Virus record (IMG/VR): IMGVR_UViG_3300037458_001098
Span: 1 to 33,678 of that record
Source of the DNA: a virus
Taxonomy: Duplodnaviria; Caudoviricetes
DNA: 33,678 nucleotides
Strand: one strand, 5' to 3'
Part shown: positions 9,523 through 17,413 of the stretch, piece by piece
Layout: the number at the start of each line of letters is the position of its first letter
How positions within the stretch are numbered: position 1 is the stretch's first letter
Program-made: the position numbers and the translations under genes
The notes under the pieces: generated by a model
What the model was told of the DNA's origin: nothing
The model's input: the letters and a program-made list of their open reading frames with translations, nothing else
The model's database searches: none

Positions 9523-10146
9523 TCATTTTTTACGCCAATTATCCATTACTTCTTTTCGTCTAGCTTTTTGTTCTTTTAGTGGTAGCTTCAACCACTGTTC
9601 ATAAGTCAATTCCGAGTGGCCTGTTCCGGGAGCGTTGTAGGGCAAATCTCTTGTCCCTTGCCGCTCGATCAAAAAACCATGCTCTTTCACAAATCCGTCT
9701 ACCACTTCCACTACGCTTCGATCGTCTACTATCCCTGTTTCTGGATCAATCACAACTTTCGAAACGTCGATAAAACTATAATACTCAGGCCGCTTGATTT
9801 TGCCAGGTAGGCGCTCTCTAACGGCATTGAGCTTGTGAGCGTCTAGCAAATCTCTTTCGTACTGCTGGCGCTTACCTTCTTCTTCCATTCGCTTTTTTCG
9901 TTCAAGCTCTAGAAGTTTTTTGTATTCGCCTTGCTCCGATAAACGCTTTTCCTCTAGCTCACGTTCTTTGCGCCTATACGCTTCAAGTTCTGCTGCCAAC
10001 TGTTCATTTTCTGATTTAGTTTTCTTGTGTTGGGACAAAACTCTACTATAAGTCTCATACTGGACAAAATCTTTCTTTTCGCCAGCATCTTCTGTCCCAC
10101 TAGGACGTTTTTGGTTGTTGACACTATCAACATTCTCAGTTTCCAT
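9523..10146 (-). CDS. Capsid scaffolding protein
   Basis: Charged coiled coil with EQGEYKKL motif, between portal and capsid. Likely start 10146 with GGGG RBS. Confidence 0.85.
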   Translation of the reverse strand: METENVDSVNNQKRPSGTEDAGEKKDFVQYETYSRVLSQHKKTKSENEQLAAELEAYRRKERELEEKRLSEQGEYKKLLELERKKRMEEEGKRQQYERDLLDAHKLNAVRERLPGKIKRPEYYSFIDVSKVVIDPETGIVDDRSVVEVVDGFVKEHGFLIERQGTRDLPYNAPGTGHSELTYEQWLKLPLKEQKARRKEVMDNWRKK

Positions 10147-10177
10147 GATAAACCCCATTTGTTTGATTTGCAATATG

Positions 10178-10702
10178 TTATTTTTTACTGAAAGCTTGCC
10201 TGATTTCCTCTACTAATACTTTTTCTATTTTTTGATTCAGTCGTTTGAACTCCAAATCTGATATGGCCATAAAGTTACGGCCCTTTTCGGCATTCCAGAC
10301 TGCCAGGTCGTTATTGCCGAAGGATCGCTTCTGATTCTTGGTCGGTTTGCGTTCGTCCTTTAACCATACCTCACCCTGATATTTACCCTTGCTTGATCCT
10401 CTCAGTGCGTCCAGCATCTGCCCGGTGTATGTGAGGTTAGATTTTCTGGCACTAGTAGCAGCTGATAACTCTCCGTGCTTATCTTTCTTCCTATATTCGA
10501 TGTACTTCTCACTAAGATATTTCAATTTCTCTTTGCTCGCATAATCCTTTTCTACGCCATAACCTAGCCGTGTCCGCTTCTTAATGTCGTCAGCAGTCTC
10601 TTGCATCCACTGGGCCATATTAGCAGCGGCAAATACTTTATCAAGTACGGCCTTGAGCTTTTTCTCGTAGTCCTCTGATTTGAAGCTAAGCTTTAATTTC
10701 AT
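10178..10702 (-). CDS. Virion morphogenesis protein (Mu gpG / tail-completion-like)
   Basis: LSEKYIEYRKK...NLTYTGQMLDAL...GRNFMAIS pattern. Confidence 0.6.
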   Translation of the reverse strand: MKLKLSFKSEDYEKKLKAVLDKVFAAANMAQWMQETADDIKKRTRLGYGVEKDYASKEKLKYLSEKYIEYRKKDKHGELSAATSARKSNLTYTGQMLDALRGSSKGKYQGEVWLKDERKPTKNQKRSFGNNDLAVWNAEKGRNFMAISDLEFKRLNQKIEKVLVEEIRQAFSKK

Positions 10703-11241
10703 TAGTCCATCTCCTCGTCAAAGGTAATTTCGCCGGCCAGATTATTTATTGCGTCCTCTCTTGATTCTACCATCTCACGACGTTTTTCCTCATCGTCCAG
10801 GGGATAGTTTTTTAATATTTTCTTTGCAAGTTCTTCCGGTGTTACTTTGATAAATGGCCTTGCGAGGGATCTGTTCCCGGTGGGCTTACCGTAGCTGCCA
10901 ATGATATTACCTTCCGCTTTGCCATGCTGAGATGATCCTTCTGCATAGCCAATCACTATTTTACCCTTATCGCTTTCTAGTAAACTCAGCTCTGTGAGCA
11001 TATCACCGGAGAGTTGTTGATTAATCAGACCTCTGCTTTTACCAGCGTTCTTGAAATCAAGCGACTTGGAATAACCTTTGGAATATTTACCTGACCATTT
11101 TTTCCCATCAGGCCCTTTGCCCTCAGAAGATCGTTGGCGAATGTACTCGATAACATCCGCAGCGATAGCATACCGCTCTTCCTCGGTGTACTTTCTACTC
11201 AGCTTGATCTGGTAGGCCGCTTTGTTCTTCTCGTCGCTCAT
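10702..11241 (-). CDS. Second virion morphogenesis protein (paralogue-like)
   Basis: YSKGYSKS...NQQLSGDMLTEL...ARPFIKV pattern. Start MSDEKN at 11241 with GGAG RBS, overlapping the portal 3' end. Confidence 0.55.
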   Translation of the reverse strand: MSDEKNKAAYQIKLSRKYTEEERYAIAADVIEYIRQRSSEGKGPDGKKWSGKYSKGYSKSLDFKNAGKSRGLINQQLSGDMLTELSLLESDKGKIVIGYAEGSSQHGKAEGNIIGSYGKPTGNRSLARPFIKVTPEELAKKILKNYPLDDEEKRREMVESREDAINNLAGEITFDEEMD

Positions 11242-12577
11242 CTGTGGGCGCTCCAAATTCTTCGATGATTTCGGTTTCTAGTATTTCTAATTGCTCGCTA
11301 TCTAGGTCTTTGTGAATGATCTGCCTGGCACGTTTGCGAGAAGTAAGGGCCTCACGCACTAGCTTGATTTGGTTATCTACCACGGAAGTTAAATCTTCGT
11401 TGGGCTTCAAGTCTTGGAACTCGATTGACGGTTCAAACTCATCGGAGAAGCGAGGCATATTAAGCAGCTTGCCAGAATTTACCCATTCATTGTGAACAAG
11501 ATGCAACCTATGCCAGAAATCTTTTTCTACCTTTTGGAAATATTCTGTTTGCTTTGCGTAGTCTACTGATATGTCCATTTCCTTAATCATCATGGCGATA
11601 CCAGAAAGCGAGTTTTGATTCCCGGCCGCTTCCCCTGGGCGAAGGCCTCTAGTCTCAAACCACATATTAAGCAAGCCGAAAATGTAATTTTGTACTTCGG
11701 CAATATCCACTTGTGGCTTGATGGTTCCGATCTCTGGTTTGTTGCCGCTAATGTCTGACTTGAAGGAGACAAAACTATCTGGATTAAATTCTAAATTGCT
11801 CGAATCTACGTCAATCCCAAATATGATCGAATGGGTTTGCATTTTAATTGCAAAATTTAAATGAGTGAGCATTGATGGCGCCAGTAATCCCATTTTCAGC
11901 AAATCGCTGTCAGGTTTCGGTAGCAACAAGTTTTTTGTTTTCCTGGCATACGTTTGTGGGATAATCTCAAAAGGATTTAGTCCAGCGTTCTCGGTCATAT
12001 ACTCGCTTAATGTCTCGCCTTCCCCATCAATCGCTAAAAACTCATTGTCAGTATAGACAAAATAAATCGGAACTTGTTGGCCGTTTTTATTTCGAGTACC
12101 GACAAACTTGATAAATGTTGTAACCTCTAGTGGATTAATTACGTCGTCGGAGTAGGGCAAAAACTGATGGCCTGATAGAGGCCTTATCATTGGTTCGTTT
12201 TTCTTGGTGAGGAATGGTTCTACTGCTCCAACCTTTTGCGAATTGTAGAAGCGATTGCACTCCTCCATCGAGGCGTTGACGTTAGCGAAATTGACGTAGT
12301 AATCAATTAGTAGCTGGTCGCTAGGCTTAGTTGCCGTGCGCACTGGTGGCAACGTGTAGATTTGTGTGAGTTTTTCGGTCAATCGCTTGATGATATTTAT
12401 TGGAGGGATTAGCTTTTGAGCAACGGCAAACGATCGGTCGGAGAGTAATTGATTTCTAACCTCACGAACAAGGCGAGGAAACAAGTCTCCCTCCAATATC
12501 TCGAATATTTCAAAGTTATGCGCCAGGAAGGGCTGATTGGCCTTGACGTAGTCGGTGATTGCTTTTATGTCGATCAT
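11195..12577 (-). CDS. Portal protein (SPP1-like)
   Basis: 460 aa directly after terL (ATGA overlap). PINIIKRLTEKL, NPFEIIP and SLSGIAM motifs. Confidence 0.88.
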   Translation of the reverse strand: MIDIKAITDYVKANQPFLAHNFEIFEILEGDLFPRLVREVRNQLLSDRSFAVAQKLIPPINIIKRLTEKLTQIYTLPPVRTATKPSDQLLIDYYVNFANVNASMEECNRFYNSQKVGAVEPFLTKKNEPMIRPLSGHQFLPYSDDVINPLEVTTFIKFVGTRNKNGQQVPIYFVYTDNEFLAIDGEGETLSEYMTENAGLNPFEIIPQTYARKTKNLLLPKPDSDLLKMGLLAPSMLTHLNFAIKMQTHSIIFGIDVDSSNLEFNPDSFVSFKSDISGNKPEIGTIKPQVDIAEVQNYIFGLLNMWFETRGLRPGEAAGNQNSLSGIAMMIKEMDISVDYAKQTEYFQKVEKDFWHRLHLVHNEWVNSGKLLNMPRFSDEFEPSIEFQDLKPNEDLTSVVDNQIKLVREALTSRKRARQIIHKDLDSEQLEILETEIIEEFGAPTDERREEQSGLPDQAE

Positions 12578-13827
12578 AGTAAGAAGCTCCTTGATTCCTT
12601 CTGGAATATATCTAGCGGATGCTCAAAATCACAAACATAATCTGCGCCATCCGAAAAGTGGGAAAGTTTTTTGTCCTTACCCTCATCTTTTGTAAAGTCA
12701 GGCTTTTGTTTGCACTTATCAAAATCCCTAATTAAATTTTTACAGCTAGGATTTATTATAATACGGCCATGGTGTAGTAGGCCATTCATTTGCACTTGTC
12801 GTCGTCTTAACCTAGCATTTTGCTTTCTGGCCCTCACTTGAAAGCCAGCATCCTCCAGAATTGCAATGTCAGTCAGCGCCTGCTCAAGAGCGGAACTTTT
12901 TCTACTGGCCCCTGAAGCATCACAAGTAATTAGCATCATATCTAATGGGTAAGTGTTTTTCAATGCCCTTGCCATGGTATAGGTATTACTATTACCCTCA
13001 AGAAGTATTTCGTCAAAGAAAACCTGCTTGTCGCCTATTTTGTGAGAAAATGAAGCGGCCATGTAACCGACGTTGAAGTCAAGGCCAACGTGAATTAGTA
13101 GTTTTGGATCATACTTGGCGGAAGATGTAACATTTATTTCTTTCTTGAAGGAGTAATAAAAAAAATCACCACCCAGCCTAGCTATTTTCCCATCTCTAAA
13201 AACTTCCAACGATCTCGGATCAAGCATAGATTCCAAATCAGCAGCGTAGTCATTTACAATATGAGTGTTTTCGGAAGTTGAACCATGATAGAGGGCAAAT
13301 TTTTCCTGGCCTCTTGCTTCTTGCTTTTCAATAAATTCTTCTAACCATCCGTGAACGTCCTCCGGTGTGCCAACAAGTATTCGTTGCATATTGGGAGCTT
13401 TCCCGATCCTTACCCGTCGGAGCATTTCGTTTACTCTGTCGAAGGTAATAAGTGAAAACTCATTGATACCACAATATGCCAAGTTGGGGCCTGCAATCGG
13501 TTTCTCAGCAGTGAAGGCATAAAGTGGCGCTCTTGTCCAGGGGAAGCGGAATACCTTATCTGTTTTATGATACCTGTACTTGATCCGATTATTATCTAGA
13601 ATGGATTCGAAAGTTGGTAAAATGTCTTTCTTGAAATCGGGATAACTAGGAGAAAGCACTCCTCCGGGGAAATGCTTATTGAGATAACTGAGCTTAAGTA
13701 GCTTCATTACAAGGGAATAAGTTTTGCCGCCACCAAGGCCCATTGACTGCATGATAGTCAGAGATATGTCGTTATTGAAAACGCTTTCCTGCGTAGGTAG
13801 CTTATTGTATTTTATTTTGAAGGCCAC
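12574..13827 (-). CDS. terL: Terminase large subunit
   Basis: Walker A GLGGGKT, Walker B-like CGINE, coupling motif VGTP, and RNase H-like nuclease motifs GLDFN and HFSDGADY. Confidence 0.95.
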   Translation of the reverse strand: MAFKIKYNKLPTQESVFNNDISLTIMQSMGLGGGKTYSLVMKLLKLSYLNKHFPGGVLSPSYPDFKKDILPTFESILDNNRIKYRYHKTDKVFRFPWTRAPLYAFTAEKPIAGPNLAYCGINEFSLITFDRVNEMLRRVRIGKAPNMQRILVGTPEDVHGWLEEFIEKQEARGQEKFALYHGSTSENTHIVNDYAADLESMLDPRSLEVFRDGKIARLGGDFFYYSFKKEINVTSSAKYDPKLLIHVGLDFNVGYMAASFSHKIGDKQVFFDEILLEGNSNTYTMARALKNTYPLDMMLITCDASGASRKSSALEQALTDIAILEDAGFQVRARKQNARLRRRQVQMNGLLHHGRIIINPSCKNLIRDFDKCKQKPDFTKDEGKDKKLSHFSDGADYVCDFEHPLDIFQKESRSFLL

Positions 13828-14156
13828 TAGGCAAACTCTAGTTCTTCGTATTGTGATTGGAGCGGTTCGGGATTATCTGACCATCCTCCAATATTCTTGA
13901 GGACGAAAATCAGGCATACGTTATCGCCATCAAGTGCTTTCTGAATCATTTTTTGTTTGAGCTTTAATACTATTTTCTCGGATCGCCTGGCCCTGTACTC
14001 AGTGAACCCGCACTTGTATTTTTTTTTGATTTCTCTTTCGATTGTATCTTCACTAACCCCAAGTTCGGTACTGCAAAGGAATTTGCCAGCTTGAAACATA
14101 AGCATGGTGTCTAGCTTTTCCCAATTGAATTTCTCTGTGCGTTTCTTATAGGCCAT
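13827..14156 (-). CDS. terS: Terminase small subunit
   Basis: HTH (ELGVSEDTIER) and ALDGDNVCLIFVLKNIGGWSD motif, immediately upstream of terL. Confidence 0.85.
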   Translation of the reverse strand: MAYKKRTEKFNWEKLDTMLMFQAGKFLCSTELGVSEDTIEREIKKKYKCGFTEYRARRSEKIVLKLKQKMIQKALDGDNVCLIFVLKNIGGWSDNPEPLQSQYEELEFA

Positions 14157-14275
14157 TACTTTTTATCTCCTTTCTCCGCAAGATGGAGATATGGAGCATT
14201 TGACCTAACCTGCAAAGGCGCTTCCATGAAAACCTCACGAAGGTAATTTTAGTAAATCACAAATCTACTGATTTT

Positions 14276-14304
14276 AATTTACAGTGTTTTTTGTTTTGGC
14301 GCAA
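14276..14304 (-). promoter_or_regulatory. Putative sigma70 promoter for terS / late operon
   Basis: TTGCGC (14299-14304), 17 bp spacer, TAAATT (14276-14281). Confidence 0.45.
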
Positions 14305-14308
14305 GTGC

Positions 14309-15232
14309 CTATTTCTTTTTGTGATAGTTGGCGACTGCCTTAAATGCAAGCTGATTACAATACAAATTCTCTGTTGCAGAAGTTGCGCTTCCGCCGGCCA
14401 TGGATGATTTTACTTTTTTACTCCAAACTTTGACAAATCTTTTATCAGGCATGGAATACTCCGAGATAAAAACAGGCAAACTTAATCCTGCTGCCCAATC
14501 GTAAAATTGTTTGTGATCGAAGTTTTTGTTTTTGTCATATTCCCCTGTACCCAGGTACGGAATGTCACAATAGACGATGGAGTTTGGCAGCAAGTGAACT
14601 TTCCGGTAATCTAGATTGTAAAAGTTCAACCGCTCCAACTGCTGCAACCGCTCCAACTGCTGCAACCGCTCCAACTGCTGCAACTGCTGCAACTGCTCCA
14701 ACCGCTGCAACTCGCATCTTTTATTTTCTAGAATAACTAATCTATTTTTCAAAAATAAGCGACGGTCTTTTATTTTATATTCATCCCTAAATTTATCTAT
14801 TCCCAATATCTTTCTTGCTAACTGATCAAACTCATTAAAGACAATTGCATTGTGCAAACTTTTTTTTACTGGTTCAACGTCTACTCCGAAGAGGTAAGTT
14901 CTTCCATTGTTCCCAAATGACCAAAAGTTTTTTGTATAAAAACAAGAGTCCTTCTTCTCAATAAACTCTTCCCTGCTCACAAATTGCGGAAGAAATTGCT
15001 CATAACTATACTTGCCGGTAATCGCATCCTGTATAATCTCAGTCACGCCTTTCCTAATCTCATTGAAATGGAAGTGCTTATAATCCCTGCTCAGATGCTT
15101 GATCATGTAATGAGTAATTGCAAACCCTCCGCCAAATAAATCATAGAAGTTTTCTGCTGGAGGAAAGATATGACATAGCTCTTTTACTATTTTTGACTTT
15201 GATCCCATGTAGGGAATGCCGTAATTACTCAT
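14309..15232 (-). CDS. DNA adenine methyltransferase (D12/Dam class)
   Basis: PYMGSK, FYDLFGGG (SAM binding), VYCDIPY (catalytic motif IV), FDHKQF and FISEY. Confidence 0.93.
   Translation of the reverse strand: MSNYGIPYMGSKSKIVKELCHIFPPAENFYDLFGGGFAITHYMIKHLSRDYKHFHFNEIRKGVTEIIQDAITGKYSYEQFLPQFVSREEFIEKKDSCFYTKNFWSFGNNGRTYLFGVDVEPVKKSLHNAIVFNEFDQLARKILGIDKFRDEYKIKDRRLFLKNRLVILENKRCELQRLEQLQQLQQLERLQQLERLQQLERLNFYNLDYRKVHLLPNSIVYCDIPYLGTGEYDKNKNFDHKQFYDWAAGLSLPVFISEYSMPDKRFVKVWSKKVKSSMAGGSATSATENLYCNQLAFKAVANYHKKK
14627..14713. repeat. In-frame 9-bp tandem repeat (9 units plus a partial) inside the methylase
   Basis: CAAC(C/T)GCT(C/G) units encoding ELQRLEQLQQLQQLERLQQLERLQQLERL. Confidence 0.95.
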
Positions 15233-15786
15233 TTTTTCTCTTTCACTAGATAGCCACGAGACATCATCTCGTCGTAAATATCTCTTAATTCCATTTCATT
15301 CGGCAATTGAATTTCAAGTAACCATTTTCGATTAAGCTCATCTGCCAAGCTAGTGTCGTTTTCCTCGTCGTCCTCACCAGGAGGAACGATCTCGATTGGT
15401 GGTATCTTGATATCCATGTCCAACGATTCAATCAGCTCGATTTCGAACAGGTTGGCCAGTACGTCCATTGACCATTCGCCGTAGTGCCCATTATCTAGCA
15501 ATATCACCGCCTGCTTCTCACGCTCAGTCAACGGACGATTAGGTACGGACACCCAAACTTCATAGTCGCCAGGGAACTTTTTGAGTAACGTCCGCTGTCT
15601 CTGATTCCCTCCGAGAATCGTTAGATCAAAATCACAAAGTATCGGTTTAAAAATACCGTACTCGTCCATTGATTTTTCAAGTGACTCTAATTTTGACTTA
15701 GTAATTGTCCGGGGATTGTTTGCATTGGGGATCAGGGACGAGATTGCGATTTTCCTAACGTCCCAAATGAGTTTTTCTAATTCCAT
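15229..15786 (-). CDS. ParB/Srx-like N-terminal domain protein
   Basis: LIPNANNPR...SMDEYGIFKPI...ILGGNQR...LLDN..GEW. Start MELEKL at 15786 with GGAGG RBS. Coupled to the methylase by ATGA. Confidence 0.88.
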   Translation of the reverse strand: MELEKLIWDVRKIAISSLIPNANNPRTITKSKLESLEKSMDEYGIFKPILCDFDLTILGGNQRQRTLLKKFPGDYEVWVSVPNRPLTEREKQAVILLDNGHYGEWSMDVLANLFEIELIESLDMDIKIPPIEIVPPGEDDEENDTSLADELNRKWLLEIQLPNEMELRDIYDEMMSRGYLVKEKK

Positions 15787-15864
15787 GATGGGCCTCCGTA
15801 AAGGCAGGATGATCAGTTTTTTTCGGGTTGTCAATTAGTACTGATTTTATGCTGCTGCTTTTTT

Positions 15865-16135
15865 TTAGGGTTAGTTCTCCCTCTTACCCTATTACAGGGC
15901 AATATATCCTCGTAGCGTTTAGTGTGTGTGCACTTTTTCTTAAGCGATCGGTCGCTTATTTACGCTAGTCCATCCTTAGCAGGTATCTTCCACCGTAGGC
16001 ATATATATTGCCGCTAAAGGCGAGCTGCTTCCCCTTGAGGGCCGAGCATCCCAGTGCGTCTTCCCGTGTTCGTTCCGGCACAAATTATCGGTATAGGTAC
16101 ACCAAACCCCCTCCGGAAGGTTTCATTTTGAAATG
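15865..16135. ncRNA. Candidate structured non-coding RNA or ssDNA element
   Basis: No ORF. Nested stems GGCAATATAT 15898-15907/16003-16012, TAGCGT 15913-15918/15962-15967 and TAAGCGA 15941-15947/15952-15958, plus further hairpins. Confidence 0.45.
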
Positions 16136-16186
16136 TATTTTTTAAAAAATAAAGAAATAGAAAATTACATTTGAAGAATTTAATTA

Positions 16187-16231
16187 TTCAAACAATTCAA
16201 ACAATTCAAACAATTCAAACAATTCAAACAA
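16187..16231. repeat. 5 x TTCAAACAA perfect tandem repeat
   Basis: Read directly. Non-coding and next to an AT-rich tract (16135-16186). Confidence 0.97.
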
Positions 16232-16233
16232 TA

Positions 16234-16280
16234 GTGTCAAAATTTTGACATTAACCAAAACGGTGTCAAAATTTTGACAC
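16234..16280. promoter_or_regulatory. Two copies of the perfect palindrome TGTCAAAATTTTGACA (operator-like)
   Basis: 16235-16250 and 16264-16279 (second extends to 18 bp, 16263-16280). 29-bp period. Each contains TTGACA on both strands. Confidence 0.75.
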
Positions 16281-16340
16281 TAGCTTTACTCTAGAAGCCA
16301 GAGGCATTGCTAATAGCATTACTTGAATGGAGTTGTTCTT

Positions 16341-16820
16341 TTAGCGTAGGTTTGGTCTGACATTTACAAAAATAGGTCTAGGCCTTGTTTGTCTTGTTAT
16401 CCCAAAAAATCTCGCATTGATCTCTGGCAACGAGGTATTCCAATTCCAGTTGACCTTCCCTTTATTCGTCGGAGTAAATCCAGCGGACAGCATTAGCAGC
16501 TTCCCCTCGTCGTTAGTAAAATACTGATACCCTTTCACTACCCTGCTGACGTAATCTTCAAAAATGTGCTTTAGCTTGTAGCTATCCATTGCGTGAGATT
16601 TAAACTTTGGCACTTGAACTAATAAATTATAAATTACTTTTGTGTTCCATGCTTTCGTCTCGTTGTCCTGTTTCATCATAATTTGCTCAATCGTAACCGG
16701 CAAACTAAATTCCCTGATCGATCGCCCGAAGCAATCTTCGTCGTAGAAATAATACTGATCATTCAGCATGAATATTTCACGGCCGCAAGTTGGGATTGGT
16801 CTGTCAAAATATTTAGGCAT
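16341..16820 (-). CDS. Hypothetical phage protein (SYxLKH motif family)
   Basis: DSYKLKHIFE...YFTN..GKLLMLSAGF motif recurrent in phage proteins. Start 16820 with GAGGA RBS. Confidence 0.65.
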   Translation of the reverse strand: MPKYFDRPIPTCGREIFMLNDQYYFYDEDCFGRSIREFSLPVTIEQIMMKQDNETKAWNTKVIYNLLVQVPKFKSHAMDSYKLKHIFEDYVSRVVKGYQYFTNDEGKLLMLSAGFTPTNKGKVNWNWNTSLPEINARFFGITRQTRPRPIFVNVRPNLR

Positions 16821-16995
16821 CTTCCTCTCTCCACTCCAGGCCTGCAGGACAATCACAATTTTCCGCTCGATAGCTCATCCCCAAGTCCTCGCACTTTTCG
16901 ACAATGTTATTTGCGATATGGTATGATGTCATGTTTTCTAGCGGCAGCATTTCGATGTAGTCTGCGAGGAGTTGAATAAAGGTTATCTTTTTCAT
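16813..16995 (-). CDS. Small hypothetical protein (60 aa, Cys-containing)
   Basis: Overlaps both neighbours (ATGA at its start). Confidence 0.6.
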   Translation of the reverse strand: MKKITFIQLLADYIEMLPLENMTSYHIANNIVEKCEDLGMSYRAENCDCPAGLEWREEDA

Positions 16996-17399
16996 AGCAG
17001 AGATAGGCCTTCTACTCCCCGTTCTTCTCTGTCTTTTGTTCTTCTCTCCAGGGCAAATAAAGCCTCACCTAGTGCGATTATGGCCAATGAGTTTTCTCGA
17101 CAAGGGAACTTTTTATCAAGTTTCTCTATCATAATTTTTGCCGCTGTAATCAAAGTCGAAACTTGACAACCATTCACTCCAGCTTGACCGATAGGCCCAT
17201 TTTGAATAGTGAATGACAGACTATTTTTATCATGCCGAACGTAGATAAAGTGGTTTGGACGGATTTCGTTTTCGAACCAAACTGCATCCATGGCGCCAGA
17301 TTCGTTAAATTTTTCTGGGCACTCCTTCCTTAATTCGTCCATGTCAATTACTGAAAATCCATCAATTAAGTTAACACCTTTCAAAGTTTCTAATGCCAT
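16992..17399 (-). CDS. Tad1/Acb2-hairpin family anti-defence sponge-like protein
   Basis: IQNGPIGQAGVNGCQ...FPCRENSLAI..LGEAL..LERRTKDREERGVEG resembles the Tad1 C-terminal signature (F..REN..A....EA.....R...R..R.V.G). GAGGGG RBS. Confidence 0.75.
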   Translation of the reverse strand: MALETLKGVNLIDGFSVIDMDELRKECPEKFNESGAMDAVWFENEIRPNHFIYVRHDKNSLSFTIQNGPIGQAGVNGCQVSTLITAAKIMIEKLDKKFPCRENSLAIIALGEALFALERRTKDREERGVEGLSLL

Positions 17400-17413
17400 A
17401 AAATCCCCTCTTT

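Noticed and set aside
12574-13827. Intein in the terminase
   Set aside because: Normal length (417 aa) and no splice-junction motifs.
16187-16280. Possible CRISPR mini-array
   Set aside because: The 9-bp repeats have no spacers, the palindromes are only two copies 13 bp apart, and there are no cas genes.
15229-16280. Complete ParABS partition system or protelomerase site (phage-plasmid)
   Set aside because: No ParA or TelN seen, the palindromes are short, and ParB-domain genes next to methylases are common in phages.
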